Below are positions 38,322-52,982 of a DNA stretch of 64,000 nt, in pieces. The position numbers and the translations under genes were made by a program. The notes below the pieces were generated by a model, which saw nothing but the letters and a program-made list of their open reading frames with translations, had not been told where the DNA came from and searched no databases. The stretch lies in assembly GCF_009914755.1 (NCBI RefSeq), contig NC_060939.1; one strand, 5' to 3'. This stretch comes from the human T2T-CHM13v2.0 reference genome, Homo sapiens. Position 1 is the stretch's first letter, and every line of letters begins with the position of its first letter.

Positions 38322-40568
38322 TAGTTCATTGTGAGTGGACCCCAGCGCAGGCCTCTTGCGCAGCTGCAGGAATAGGCCATATTCTCTTCCCTGGGCTTTA
38401 TACTTCCGGCTGGAATTGTCTGTGTGCCTCAGGGGGATAGAATAAACTTCTAAGGCCTGCCAGTCCTTGAAATGCCTAGTGGTCATGGAGATGGTGTGGC
38501 TTCCTGATGGCATATGGGCATACCTAGGATGGAAGGGGACATTGGGAAGAGCTGATACATTTCCCTTTTCCCTCACCAAACTTATAACAAGTTTTCTTGT
38601 GAGCAGATGCTTAACCACACCCTGCTCCCTACCCTACTTCAGTCATTTGGTTTTTATTGCAAAAAAGGAGGGGCATCTACTTTAAGGTCATTTCTGTGAT
38701 TTGGGAAGTTTAAAATTATTTAAATAAACGAGCATCTCATTTCCTGTACGTTTTTATTTTTGTAGAAATTATATTTTCATAAGCAGAGTGGTCCCTTGCT
38801 CTTTCCCCAGCACCCCCTGCCCCCCAGTAGAGCTGACCACACTGGAACGACAGCTTGATGCATTTAGCTCACATTTACGTAAGTGCTCATTAACTATAAT
38901 GTGGCTGGTGAGTCTAATTTTAGACCTACCACCCTTGAAAATCTCATTTTTCTCTTCCATTGATAATATCTTTTATTCTCTGTAAGGGGAGTGGGATGTG
39001 TTTCTATGTATGTGAAGTAGAATATTTACCTTTTTTCTTTTGTAGTACTTACAATGTTTTCATTGCATGAAATTGGAGTTTTGACCTTAGGTGCTCTTTT
39101 TTCCTTTTTTTTTTTCTTAACTTGGTATTATTGATGATTTCAAAGATCCTATTTTGCCTGTCTGTTTAGCAGTATTCCCAGTGGTGCTTCAGTATTTCTG
39201 TGTATTCTAGCTGTTTATGGAGTCTTTATGTTTCTCTGCATTTTTTATTTTTTGAGGTGTACACACACAGTTACGCTTCATGGAGTTGCATCCAGCCAAG
39301 TATCCATGTTCTTCTTGTGAAGAGGCAGAGAAAATCACCTCTCCCAAGAATTTCCACTTTCTGAACAAGGGAAATGTATCCTGAAGAGCTGTATGCAGAT
39401 GGGAGGCAACTTGTTTGCTTGTTCTGCTGCTAGAGCATTGGTTTAATTAGAAGACAGGCTGTGGGTGGCCATGTGCAGACAAAGAAGCACCAGACAGAGC
39501 CCGTTTAGCCTGGGTCAGTAAGAGTAAGTTACACTCTTTTTAAAACACTTTTTTGAGTACTGATGCTGATTCTTGCCTTCAGTACTAAGGGGCAACTTGT
39601 AACTTACTGTTTGTGTTTACACATAGCTACATCTGTTCTTTTTCTGAGACCCTAGAAATGACACATGCTCTCTAGCACAAAGTACCTGCGCAATGGAAAA
39701 GCAGTGATTTCTTCCCCAACCACCCTTTTTTTTTTTAAGAATAAAAAGAAAATGGAATCAATGATTACATTCTAGATTAATTTTACACTGTAGCAAACCC
39801 GGTGTTAGCGTTTGACCAAGTCAAAACACTTAAGTATAGAGCTTGTCATGCTTTTACTTTGTAGTAATGGGAACATGAGAAACGATTTTAGCCTTTTCCG
39901 CTATTTCTTGATAAGGTATGTGGGTCTCATCAGATACATTCATCCAGGCCGAACCTAGTAGAAGAGAGGGTCCAAGATCAGACCTAGCAGTTCCTGAGGA
40001 GCATGGAACTCTATATGTGTGCCCTTGTTTTTCTCTGGGAGTTGTTACTCTCAAAAATATACTTCATTTTGGAATTCAGTTTTGAGCTACCTAAAGCCAC
40101 ATATGGTAGTGTGGTGGAGTTAGTGGAAATCCTGTGTTTTTGACTATGTGAAAGCAATTTAGACTTTTGGATTTTTGAGTGTACAATGTCTTCTAGTCCT
40201 ATATTAATAGGGATATTACACAAAAGGGATTTAATTAGATTCATTGGTCCTAGGATTTATAGTGTTGTGATTTTTGAATCTGTGTGTGTGTGTGTGTGTA
40301 TTTGTGTTTGTTTGGATCTGTATCATTTGTGGCATCAGGTTTATACCTTAGCATCTACTGTTTTGGTTTGTTTTGCTCTTGGTAATGAAGGAAGTAGGCT
40401 AAAAAGATTTTTCTATGTTTGGAAAATCACAGGCTGGTATGATGGTGTTTAATTTCAAAGACTACCTTTTGATTTTAAGTTTTTTTCCATCTCTCAAACC
40501 CACCCCTTTATTCAGAATCTGGAAAAGAATGAGGAAGAAACTTAAGTTACATAATTTTTAAGATTCTC

Positions 40569-40920
<352 letters not shown>

Positions 40921-41509
40921 TCATGTGTTCATTACCTAAGTGTTAGAATAATGAAGGATTGTACCTCACTATAGAAATCAGCTTAAAGTTGAATCTTAGA
41001 CATACCAATTGACAAAAGTTCTTTGGCCATTCCCATTGCCAGGCAGTTTTTACTGGCAGTCATTCTCACTCAGGGTCCAGCCTCCTGCATGGTGTACACA
41101 TTTCCTGACAGCTCATGACACGCATGTACTGTAACACAGGACATCAACACTATAACACATTCATAGTGGGGAATTTATTTATGTTTCGTTTTTCTGGAGT
41201 ATGTGCAAATGTAAGCATATTTTCTAGTGGGTTGGAAGTCTTTTTATTAAAAAAACCTTAGTAGAGGACTTAAAAGTTACTAGTATCCCTCTTTCCTCTC
41301 CAGTTCTGACCATGTCATTTGATAAAAGGATGGTTTAAATTATTATAATTCCATGGTCTGTTAGGTTCTTCTTGAGTGATATTTCCATATTATTGTCAAT
41401 ATGGTTAAAAGGTATAATTATTTAGGTTGAAGGGAAGTATAAGTAGATGTATACAGCAGATGGTAGCCTCTAGCTGAGATCCCAAGGAGAATATCCTGTT
41501 ACTGGGAAA

Positions 41510-41730
41510 GGGTGATTATGTGTTTATTTAGCAAACACAAAGTGTTTACCATGTGCCAGGTACTCTTTAAGCACTTTACAAATATTGGCTCATTAGTTTT
41601 CACAAGTGCCCTGAGATGGGTACTGTTGTTAGCCCTGTTTGATGAGGATACTGATGCACAGAGTGGTTAAGTAATTTCCTCAAGGTCACATAGCTAGGAA
41701 GTGTTGGAGCCAGAAATGGAATCCTGCTGC
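41510..41730 (-). mobile_element. MIR
   Basis: GATGAGGATACTGATGCACAGAGTGGTTAAGTAATTTCCTCAAGGTCACATAGCTAG core. Confidence 0.75.
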
Positions 41731-41735
41731 CGTGA

Positions 41736-42044
<309 letters not shown>

Positions 42045-42386
42045 CCCTCATTCAGTTTAATCAACAAATGAACAGCGTCACTAAAGATCCCTCAAACTCA
42101 GTGATGAACACATCTGAAAAAGTTAAAGAAAATTAAGTTCAAAGAAGAAACTTTTCATTGTCACCATTGTCGGTGAATGTAGTGATCTAAAAATTCTCTT
42201 TATCATTGTGCTTTAAATAGTGATTTAGTTTTGATCTTTAAATGTCAATAGACTATTGATATTTTGATCTTTAAATATCAAATATGTATGGACTATGTGA
42301 ATATTGAAAAGAAAATATGAACAGTCACTTTTACAGTTCGGGTTTTTGTCTTAAAATTTTGTTGTAATTTCTCTTCCTAATCTTAG

Positions 42387-42509
42387 ATCTGTTTGAGGAG
42401 ATGGTGCCTGTGTCAGTGTGGCAGTCTTTGGCTGCCTGTGATCAGAGGAAAGCCGATTTGTTAACAGATCAATTGCTCAGATGAGAGAAGCCACCACTTT
42501 GGCAAATGG
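42387..42509 (+). pseudogene. PDCD6IP: PDCD6IP-like exon (DLFEEMVPVSV...ATTLANG), frameshifted
   Basis: TCTTAG acceptor, GG|GTAGGT donor; GATTTG-TTAAC lacks one base. Confidence 0.9.
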
Positions 42510-42869
42510 GTAGGTAGAGCTTAATTTTAGAGCCTAAAGTTTTCCGTTTGGTTGTTCTTTAGTTTGTGAACATTTTAGTTTCTGAGCTTAGAGCTAAATG
42601 TCAAGAGTATATAAAATAGAAAATGTAGACACACACAACTATTTTTGGTGGACACTGTATTTGTGAAGCTCTAGCAAATATAGTTGGAAGAAATTATAGA
42701 AACAAGGTGAGGATGTTTGACTAAAAATTTGTATTTTAAGAGATATTTATTTGGGGGAAATGAGAAGTAGAAATGAACTCAGATACATGGTACGTTTAGT
42801 GTTCTGAACCAATTTTTGTTTCTGATGGATTGGATACTAAGAAAATAATTCATTGGTTTAAAAAATTTT

Positions 42870-44200
42870 TAGGTATATTTTGCACACACAAAATACACCT
42901 ATTCTAAGTACACAGTTCAATTATTATTATATGTATATATATGTTTATGTGTGTGTATATATATTGTATATATATATTTTTTTGTTTGTTTTGTTTTGTT
43001 TTTTGGGACAGGGTCTTATTGTCACCAGGCTGGAGTGCAGTGGTGTAAACATTAAACATGGCTCACTGCAATCTCAACCTTCTGGGCTCAGGTGATCCTC
43101 CTGCCTCAGCCTCCTGTGTAGCTGAGGCCACAGGTGCAAGCCACCGCACCTGGCTAATTTTTTCATTTTTTTATAGAGACGAGATCTCGCTTTGTTGCCC
43201 AGGCTGGTCTTGAACTCCTGGGCTCCTGGTCTTGAACTCCTGGGCTCAAGTGATCCTCTTGCCTTGACCTCCCAAAGTGCTGGGATTACAGGCATGAGCC
43301 ACCATGCCTGGCTATTTAGTTAGTTTTGTTAAATGTATGTACCCATGTAACCGGCACTATGATTAAGATAGAGAACATTACTGTTACCCTAAAAAAATTC
43401 TCTCATGCCCCTTTCCCAGTCCTTCTTCTCCTGGCCCCTGGCCACTATTGATCTGCTCCCTGTCTTAAGTTTAGTTTTACTTTTTATACAATTTAAAATA
43501 CATGTAATCATTCTAGCATATACATATACAGTACTTACAGTATGTACAGTATATACTTAGAATGTGTTTTGCTTTTTTTCACTTAGTTACTGTTTTTGAG
43601 ATTCATCTATATTATGTGTATCAGTTTGAGTCTTTTCTGTGGCTGAGCAGTATTCCATTTTATGGTTATGGAGTAGTATTCCATTTTATGGTTATAGAGC
43701 AGTTTGTTAACTCTTTCACCTGTTAATGGACATTTCAGTTTCTATGAACATTCGTGTATAAAGCTTCATGTGGACATATTTTAGTTCTCTTGGGTAAATA
43801 CTTAGGAGTGGAATTGTTAGGTTGTGTGGTTAGCATATTTAATTTTACATGAAATTGCCAGGTTGTTTTCCAAAGTGGTTGTTCCATTTTATATCCTATC
43901 TGCACTGTTTGAGAAATACAGTTGTTCTGCATCCTCACCAATACTTGGTACCGTCAGTCTTTTTAGTTTTAGCTGCTTTCGTGTGTGTGTAGCAGAATCT
44001 CACTGTGATTTAATTTGCATTCTCCTAATTACTAATGATACTGAACAGCTTTTCATGTGCTTACTAGCCATTCATATCTTTTCTGTAAAGTGTCTATTGA
44101 AATCTTTTTCTCAGTTTTTAAAACTGAGTTTTCTTAATATTTAAAGAGTTCTTTACCTATTTTGGAGGCAAGTCCTTTGTCAGATACATACGATTGAGAA
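42870..44200 (-). mobile_element. Old L1M 3' region containing an AluJ (~42980-43312, -)
   Basis: CTTGGGTAAATACTTAGGAGTGGAATTG, TTTTCCAAAGTGGTTG motifs; ORF 43735-43941 L1-like. Confidence 0.75.
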
Positions 44201-44638
44201 TATAGTTGACCCTGAACAACATAGGGGTTATGGGTGCTGACCCCCCTGCACAGCCAAATCTGCATATAACTTCTGAGTCCCCAAAACTTAACTACTAATA
44301 GCCTGCTGTTGACCAGAAGCCTTACCGATAACATAAACAGTCAATTAACACATATTTTGTATATGTATTGTATAGTATATTCTTATAATAAATAAGCTAG
44401 AGAAAAAATGCTATTAAGAAAATCATAAGGAAGAGAAAATATATTTACTATGATTAAATGGAAGTGGATCATCATAAAGGTCTTCGTCCTTGTCTATTTC
44501 ATGTTTGAGTAGGCTGAAGAAGAGGAGGAAGGAGGGTTGGTCTTGCTGTCTTAGAGGTGGCAAAGGTGAAAGAGGTGAAAGTCCACATATACATGGACTC
44601 ACGTAGTTCAAATCTGTGTTGTTCAGGGGCCAGCTGTA
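44201..44638. mobile_element. Tigger2a/MER28-like DNA transposon
   Basis: TIR-like ends TAGTTGACCCTGAACAAC ... GTTGTTCAGGGGCCAGCTGTA; internal CCAAAACTTAACTACTAATAGCC motif. Confidence 0.8.
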
Positions 44639-45205
44639 TTTCTCTCGTGGTTGGCTTGCCTTTTCATGTTTTTAGTTTTGATTAATGCATGGATTTTACC
44701 ATCATTTTTCTTGAACAAGAAAGGAATGTAAGTTTACTCTAGCATATGATAAACAGGCAGTCTGAGATTTTACAGAGCTTCTTTTCTGAGGAGTTCATTG
44801 TATTCCATCATTTCATTTGCCTTTTTTCTTTACATAGTAGGTAGGGATATGTACCTCCCTTCCCCATCATGTAAATGAAATAACTGAGGAATCGTTAGTG
44901 TGCTACAAAACCGAGAGCAGATGAAGATTCTGTAATGAAGACTTAGATCATCTATCTTCTGTTGACATTTTGCCTAGATGATGTGAAATTATAATTATTG
45001 ATTCTGTTGAAAGAGAGCAAAAAAGAAAAAAATAACTATTTTGTGTATTGTTTCTGACTCGTTAGAGATGCTGTAACAATCAAAAGTATAAAAGACTGCT
45101 TTTTTAGGATAGAATTTTTGACTTTTAATTACTTAGACTGAAACAAGTTTGAACTGTAAGCCAACGATACCTAATATATTTTAATGCGGTCATAATTTTT
45201 CGGCT

Positions 45206-45503
45206 TTTTTTTTTTTGTTTTTCCAGACTGAGTCTTACTCTGTCGCCCAGGCTGGAGTGCAGTGGTGAGATCTCAGCTCACTGCAACCTTCGTCTCCTGG
45301 CTTCAGGTGATTCTTGTGCCTCAGCCTCCCAAGTAGCTGGGATTATAGGTGCTCACCACTACGCCTGACTAATTTTTGTATTTTTAGTAGAGATGGGGTT
45401 TCACCGTGTTGGCCAGGCTGGTCTTGAATTCCTGACCTCAGGTGATCCGCCTGCCTTGGCCTCCCAAGTGCTGGGATTACAGGTGTGAGCCACTGCACCA
45501 GCC
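45206..45503 (-). mobile_element. AluSx-like
   Basis: Antisense dimer. Confidence 0.88.
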
Positions 45504-45755
45504 TATTTTTTGGCTTTTAATTCTGAATTGTGAACTTAATTTTTTAATGATTTTGGTTTAATTGTATCAATCACTGATTTTTTTGTTTTTCTGTTAATCT
45601 TTGCTTTGTTTTTCATTGATAGGGCTTATCCAGTTTTTCTGGGTGCTAACTCCATTGCTGTTGATTTGGTTATAGAAGATTAAATTAAATAAAGTAAATA
45701 TTGATGAGTTAAATTGTTTTAGACTTCAATATAACATAGTATCTCATTTTTTCAG

Positions 45756-45933
45756 AGTGCTAGCTTCCCTTAATCTTCCAGCAGCAATTGAAGATGTGTC
45801 TGGAGACACTGTACCTCAGTCTATATTGACTAAATCAAGATCTGTGATTGAACAGGGAGGCATCCAGACTGTTGATCAGTTGACTAAAGAACTGCCTGAA
45901 TTACTGCAATGAAATAGAGAAATCCTAGATGAG
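45756..45933 (+). pseudogene. PDCD6IP: PDCD6IP-like exon (VLASLNLPAAIEDVSG...LLQ*NREILDE)
   Basis: TTTCAG acceptor, GAG|GTATGT donor; in-frame TGA at 45910-45912. Confidence 0.92.
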
Positions 45934-47968
45934 GTATGTTTTATAAGATTTGCTTTTCAAGTATAAACACTGTGATCCCTTGATGTCCAGCAGGGATTGG
46001 GACTGGAGACTTCCTCATGCTAGTGCTCACAGTGTAGTTAGTATTCATCACTTTGGTGAATTTACTGTGGCCCAGAGCCTCCTCTTTAGCATAAGAGTAA
46101 TTCTGGTTGAGTGAGAATGGGTTTCATTCTTATCTTAAGGGTAAGTAAGTACACATTAATGAAACTCAAATGACCACTGTGTAAAACTAGTATACTATGA
46201 GAAATCAACTATCATATGAACCGTTCAGTCTTTGTAATTATTGATTTATTTTATACATAGCGTGTAGCAAGATTTTTCTTTTTAATTTAATTTGTCTTAA
46301 CCTGGAAGGTTAAACCCTTTAATTTATCCCTAATTTCTTGAAATATATTAAGTATATTTATTTTATATTATTTATCTTATAATTCCAATGTCTGTGGTTT
46401 CTGTGGGTTTGATTCTATGATTTGTAATTTTTGCTGATTCTTGCTTATGGTGGCTTGTTTTCTCTTGTGTTCAGTTTTTTTGTTACTGTTTTTTAAAACT
46501 TTAAAAAATAGTTTCAGATTTACAGAGACTTTGCAAATTTAGTGTGGAAAGTTCCTGTATATTTTTCACCTAGCTTCCCTGAAAGTTAAAATCTTACGCG
46601 GTCGTGGCACATTGTTAAAACTAGGAAATTGACATTGGTACAGTATTATTACTCAGATTTTACCAGTTATTCCACCAACGTTCCTCCTTCTGTTCCAAGA
46701 TCCAGTACAGAATACTGAATTGCATTTAGTGTTCAGTGAGTTTTGATTGTGCATTCATATTTCCTGTAATTTATTTGTGGGAATTCATTGAGATCTGGGT
46801 TTAAGGTGAATTCTAGAAAGAATTTGTGTTTGCTTCTGCCATAAAAAGGCATTATATACCTGGCACCTCCTCAAACTTAAGAGGCTTTTTCCTTTCTTTT
46901 ATAATCTTTTAATTATAGTAGTAATTTATCTTAGGACTTTGTGTCACACAAATAGTGTGGTTTCTAGTCCCAAATTCAGGCTTTTGATCAGGAATCTCAG
47001 ATAATACTTCTTTTTTTTTTTCTTTTTTCTTTAGAGCCAAGGTCCAGACAGGCATGTTTTCTTCTGTAGGGCCGTTTTCTGTTTTAAAAATTCATCCACT
47101 GAGAATCATCTATTTGGAAGTATACCAGTTTGAGTGTGGAGAGTGCTTTTGATCTGACCTCTCACCTTTTATTGTCCCTACCTATGTTTCTTGTTGACTT
47201 TTCATGTTCTAAATTCACAATGCAAGTCAATGGTGAACTACACAGCTGGTGAACTATGGATGGTGGGCCAGTGCTGGCTTGTGGCCTACTTTTGTGTGGT
47301 TCACTAGTTAAGGATAATTTTTATCTTTTTTAGAGCATTGTCAAAAAAGAAGAATTCTATGTGCCATAGACTGTGGCCCACAAAGCCTAAAATATTTACT
47401 CTGTGGTGTTTGACAGAAGTTTGCTATTCTTTGTCCTAAGCTATCAGGGATTGTCATATATTGTTGGTGCTAGCACTGTGTCTACTGGTAGATTAGTATT
47501 TTCTTGTGTTTCTGGCCCCCTACTATCCTGTCATCTTATCTACACATTAAAAGGCATTTAAAAATATATTAAACATAATTTTCTGTTCGTTGTATTGGAA
47601 TGAAATTCTAAATCTTTTATTTTTTAATGTAATTGATCAGTTTTTCCCCTTTGTTTATGGCTTCTATTTATCTATTTTAATCTTAAAACTTTCTTTAAAT
47701 TGATACATGGATGTAAATAGTCTCATGTATTCTTCCTTTTTTTTTTTTACTGAGAAAGGTGATAGCTAATTCAGCCTTAAATTTATAAGACTTTTTGTTA
47801 AATGCATTATAACTTAGATGTCTGCAAGAAAAAAGTCGATTTATATTCTAACCTAGTATTCCCATCTCACCAAATTCTCCCTTATATTGTGTATGAACAT
47901 TTATTAATTGCATTAAATTTTTTAATCCAGAAATGACATTTCAGGGTTCTTTTTGCTTCCTTTTAAAG

Positions 47969-48080
47969 TCATTAAGGTTTTTGGATGAAGAAGAAGCAAC
48001 CGATAATGATTTATGAGCAAAATTTAAGGAACGCTGGCAAAGGACATCATCCAATGAACTGTATAAGCCTTTAAAAGCAG
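47969..48080 (+). pseudogene. PDCD6IP: PDCD6IP-like exon (SLRFLDEEEATDNDL*AKFKERWQ...)
   Basis: TTTTAAAG acceptor, CAG|GTAAAA donor; TGA at 48014-48016. Confidence 0.92.
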
Positions 48081-48334
48081 GTAAAAATGTGTATAAATGA
48101 CCTTCATTTGAATAAATTCCCAATTTGGACCCACATTTTTACTTGATTAAATTAGGCTCAGTTGTAAATTCGTTTTTACCGAAATTGTTTTTCCTCAGTT
48201 TTAGTATAAAGATTAAAAAAGTTCACAAAAGTAATCTGCCAATTGTCAGAAGTACAGATTCTTAAGAACAGTATAAAGGGAAAAGTTAAAATGGTCCTCC
48301 AACTTTCATTTTCTGTTCCAAGCTCTGTGCATAT

Positions 48335-48639
48335 TTTATTTTATTTATTTTTTTTTTGAGACAAGGTCTCGCTCTGTCACTTAGGCTGGAGTGCAGTGGC
48401 AGGATCACAGCTCGCTGCAGCCCCAACCTCCAGGGCTCAGTCAATGCTTCTACCTCAGCCTCCTGAGTAGCTGACACCGTAGACATGTGCTACCACGCCT
48501 GGCTAATTTTTGTATTTTTTGCAGAGACGAGGTTTTACCGTGTTGCCCTGGCTCGTCTTGAACTCCTGGGCTCAAGTGATCCACCTGCCTCCACTTCCCA
48601 AAGTGATGAGATTACAGGCTTGAATCACCATGCCTGGCC
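48335..48639 (-). mobile_element. AluJ
   Basis: GCTCGCTGCAGCC and CTCCTGGGCTCAAGTGATCC diagnostics. Confidence 0.85.
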
Positions 48640-49276
48640 CCTGCGCATATTTTAAAAACATAAATGAGAGCATATTATATTTATGGCTTTGTAATTTTTT
48701 TTTCATTTAGTAGTGAATCCTGGGTGGTAAAACGAAAATGAGCTTTAAGTTATTTTGAGGCCAAATTTATGCTTCTTAAGACTTTGATTATGAAGATTTT
48801 GTGCTTGCTGAGATAAATGCTGTCTTCATGGTGGCTGGAGATTAGTTTTATTTATCTTTGTAAAAAGTTTGTATATTATTGAGATTTTTCTAAAAATCTT
48901 TTTTTTTTTAAGTCACATTGCTCTTTTGAGAGAGGAATACTTTTAAAATAAATGGACCAATTTTTGGAGAGAATGATTTCTTCCTACATTCATGAGTTGT
49001 AGGAAAAGATTAATATTAATTAGCTTTTATTTGGCAGATAGTAACCACCAAATGTATTTTAAGGTATAGCTATGCTTTTGATTTTATAAGTGATTTTGTC
49101 ATCTTTCCAAAAACGAGAACGCAAAGACTGTTAGGAGCTGTTTTTATGATTAAGTGAATTGGGGTCTAGAGAAGGGGAAGATAAGTAAAGTTGGAGACTA
49201 GAACTCAACATATAACCAGGCCATACACGTTGCTGTTAGAATCACTTCTGTGCTCTGCAAACCTATTTTCTCCCAG

Positions 49277-49446
49277 AGGGAACCAGCTTCAGAACAGTTT
49301 TAGATAAAGCTGTGCAAGCAGATGGACACGTGAAAGAATGTTACCCGTCTCATCGTGACCCCATCGTGCTTTTGTGTAAGCCAGAGCCTGAGCTGAATGC
49401 TGCCATCCCTTCTGCTAATCCAGCAAAGACCATGCAGGGCAGTGAG
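49277..49446 (+). pseudogene. PDCD6IP: PDCD6IP-like exon (GTSFRTVLDKAVQADG...KTMQGSE), open
   Basis: TCCCAG acceptor, GAG|GTGAGA donor. Confidence 0.92.
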
Positions 49447-50556
49447 GTGAGAAGGGCACTTTGATGTGGGTTGTCATCTGCTTAAGAAAACCACATTCAA
49501 GCCATTTTATATAATGCACTGCCAATTCCTTATTGTCATCTTTAAAAAAATGCAGAAATAAATTGGGGTTGTTATATTTAAAGTAGTATATAGACTGTGT
49601 AATAGGAAATTATACTAATATTAACTATCCTGTAATAGTCACTTCCATTTATTGAATGCCCTTTTTTGAACTAAATTTTAGATACTTCATAGGTCAACAG
49701 TATTTAATTTGGGTTTTATAAAAGAGAGAAGCTTGGAAGTATAGAAATTTCCTGAAATGAAAGGACTGGGTATGGCCAGATACACAAATTCTTTATTTCT
49801 TCCATTGTTCTCTACTCCCTTCCACCTTGTTTCCCCGGGACTACCTTTGAAAGGAAGATTGGCAAGGTGTGCGTGTTAATAAATGGATAGCTCCGTCATG
49901 GTGTTTCTACTGATGACAGGAAAGAGAAAATTGAATAGTAGGGCATCTGATTTGGAAAGTCCTAAGAGAAAGTGCAACTATAATTTAATGGCCTATCATG
50001 GGGAGGTAGGGTAAGTTAGTAGGAAAAGATAGAGGTCCCAAATCTCTGCACAGGAAAACAAGCCAAAGGGCAAGAAATACTGCTGAAAACTTCTTGAAAA
50101 AAGTGAATTTCCTGGGATAGTAAGTTCTGAAAAGTATGAGTTTTGTTTCTTATTTGTCTTTCCACAGAAGCATTTTATATGTTTCATATATGTATTCCAA
50201 GACCTACTGGATATCTGCTCTGTGTAAGGCACTATGGTAGGTACATTGGAAAATTAACATACAAATTATACACAGGCTTTACCCTCAATTTATGATCCAT
50301 TGTGGAATATTAGTCATGTACAAGGATGACTGTAATATAGGGAAGAAGTTTAAAAATGTCACAGGGAAAGTATAGAAGTATGTTATGAGGATTTAGATGA
50401 AGTACTTAAATTTCAGTAATTTGGAGTAGTTCTCTTCAGAGGCTTCTTAAGAGATTGGCACATTATGAGAACAGAGTGGATAGGCAGAAAAAGTAAACGT
50501 GTAGGATCGGAGAAGGGCTGAGTAGTGGCTGTGTCTAGAGAGTTATCCGAGGCACA

Positions 50557-52143
50557 GAGGATCTGCAAACACAGCTTTTACTCCTGATTTCTCGTGACAG
50601 AAGGTTTACAGACATGTTGAGAGTGGCTGGAATCTGCTTGTTTATTTATTTATTCACCAAGTGTTTGAAGGCCTGCTATTCCAGAGCAGTGCTGAGCACC
50701 TTGGTCCCTAACATAAAGAGACAAAAAACTGCTCTGGGTTACCTTTAGTGTAGGGTAAATGCACAGGTACCGGGCACCTCTCAAAGGGAAGAGAAGGCTA
50801 CGTAGTTGAATGTGCATTGAACCTGAATCTAACGGGGGAACCCAGTGGAACAGGGAATGTGAGTTGTTGCTTTGAGGACATAGCGGAGAAAAGGGAGGTG
50901 GTCAGAAGATTAACTTGTGAGCAACAAAGAACCCGAAGAAGAAACTGTAGACCCTTGGAAGAGCAATACATTCTGGTACCTTTTTTATTTTAGAAAAAGA
51001 TCTCTGTTTAGTACTCTCTTTGTATTCTTTTTGGTGTCTTGTACGTGACTCAGAATTATGTGGCTTTTGCCCTTTGATTCTTCTGCTTTCAGTAGAAAAG
51101 TAAAAATGGTTTGTGCTAAGCAAAATCTGCATTAGTATGCACTGATTTGTTGATATTTTATTCAGTTGTATCAGTTTTATTAATCCTTACTTGTGTTACA
51201 CAGGAGAAAGGAACTTTTATAGTCAATATGAAGTAATTTTTTGGAAGCTAGAGTTCTTGATGGGGTAACCACAAAATTTCAGTACTCTCTATATATTCGT
51301 TTGTCGTGTGCCTTAATCAAATAAGGCAAGCATCAGGTTTATCAGAGCTATTTCAGATGGTTGTCATAATAGTTGATGACGCATTTTAGCCAGAATTTTT
51401 ATGATAAAAACTCAGTTTTTTGATTGCTGATTAGAGTGATGCAATGTATATGTTTTATTAAAAAGTCCAAGTTTGATGGTAGGGCTGTTTTTTCTTTTAT
51501 TGTGAAGTAGCCTACTTTCTAGTTACTTATTTTCAGTCTCTTTGGGCATCTGGTTTTAGATATTGAGATACTCTGAAAAATTTTGCAGACTAGTGGTCAT
51601 TTGTATTTCAAGATTTTTGTATTAAATACCTAGGATCACTGCTTGTGATTGGTTGCCTATGATCTACTGTGGCCTGAAGTCTGGTCTGTGGTTGGCTGGC
51701 CAAGCCTTGGCCCTAATGTATATGGGGCTGAGTCTAGCCAGGGGAAGGAACATCTATTTTTTTGCACAAGGATGATGTTCAATTTTACTCAAAGTGTTAC
51801 ATCTGCTGGAAGTAACGGAGGGGGTACCTTTAAAAAAAAAAAAAAACCCTTTATCTCCTTAGAGGTAGAGCATAAAGAGAACTGTTTAAAACTGTGTGCC
51901 CTCCCAGAGGAGTGCCTTTTTTGGATTCACAGACTAGTGGAGGATCTGCAAACACAGCTTTTACTCCTGATTTCTCATGACAGAAAGTTTATAGACATGT
52001 TGAGAATGGCTGGAATCTGTTTATTTATTTACTCACCAAGTGTTTTTTGAAGGCCTGCTATTCCAGAACTGTGCTGAGTACCTTGGTCCCTAACATAGAG
52101 AGACAAAAAACTCCTCTAGGTTACCTTTAGTGTAGGGTAAATG
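50557..52143 (+). repeat. Dispersed ~205-bp direct repeat pair (50557-50761 and 51940-52143)
   Basis: Both copies run GAGGATCTGCAAACACAGCTTTTACTCCTGATTTCTC...GTTACCTTTAGTGTAGGGTAAATG, roughly 90% identical by eye. Confidence 0.92.
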
Positions 52144-52209
52144 TATCAAGTTTCTGCTTTCGTTGGTGTAGACATAGTTGCTTATTTGCCTTTTCTGAAA
52201 ATAAAATGA

Positions 52210-52561
<352 letters not shown>

Positions 52562-52637
52562 CATTGAGGGCATTTCTTACGGCTTATATTGTACTTGGTG
52601 CTGTTAAATGCCACAGAGGGTTTTAAATCTAAAACTC

Positions 52638-52982
52638 GGGTCAGGAACCTGTGGCTTGTGGGCCGAATCCTCTGCCTCTTCTCTTTGTATGGCCTGGGAG
52701 CTAAAAATGAGTTTTACATTTTTTAAATATAAAACTCTACTTTCTACTTAATTTTTTAAATGGCTAAAAAAAAGTCAAACGAATGTTTTAATATGTGGGC
52801 ATTATATAAAATTCAGATTTCAGTGTTAATACATTTTTGTTGAAACATAGCTGCGCTCATTCATTTACACATTGTCTTTCATACTACAAAGCAGAGTTAA
52901 AGAGTTGGAACAGAGACTGTGGCCTACTGAGGCAAAAATATTTTCTGTTTGGTCCTTTACCAAAAAAGTTTGTAAGTTCCTG
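52638..52982 (+). mobile_element. MER58B-like hAT DNA transposon
   Basis: GTGGGCCGAATC..GAGCTAAAAATGAGTTTTACATTTTT..CAGAGACTGTGGCC..GGTCCTTTAC..AAAAAGTTTG motifs. Confidence 0.75.

Noticed and set aside
51763-51790. U6 snRNA-like fragment (TGCACAAGGATGA)
   Set aside because: Match too short and not extendable.
50557-52143. LTR pair flanking a mini-provirus
   Set aside because: No TG/CA ends, PBS, PPT, TSD or internal retroviral coding similarity.
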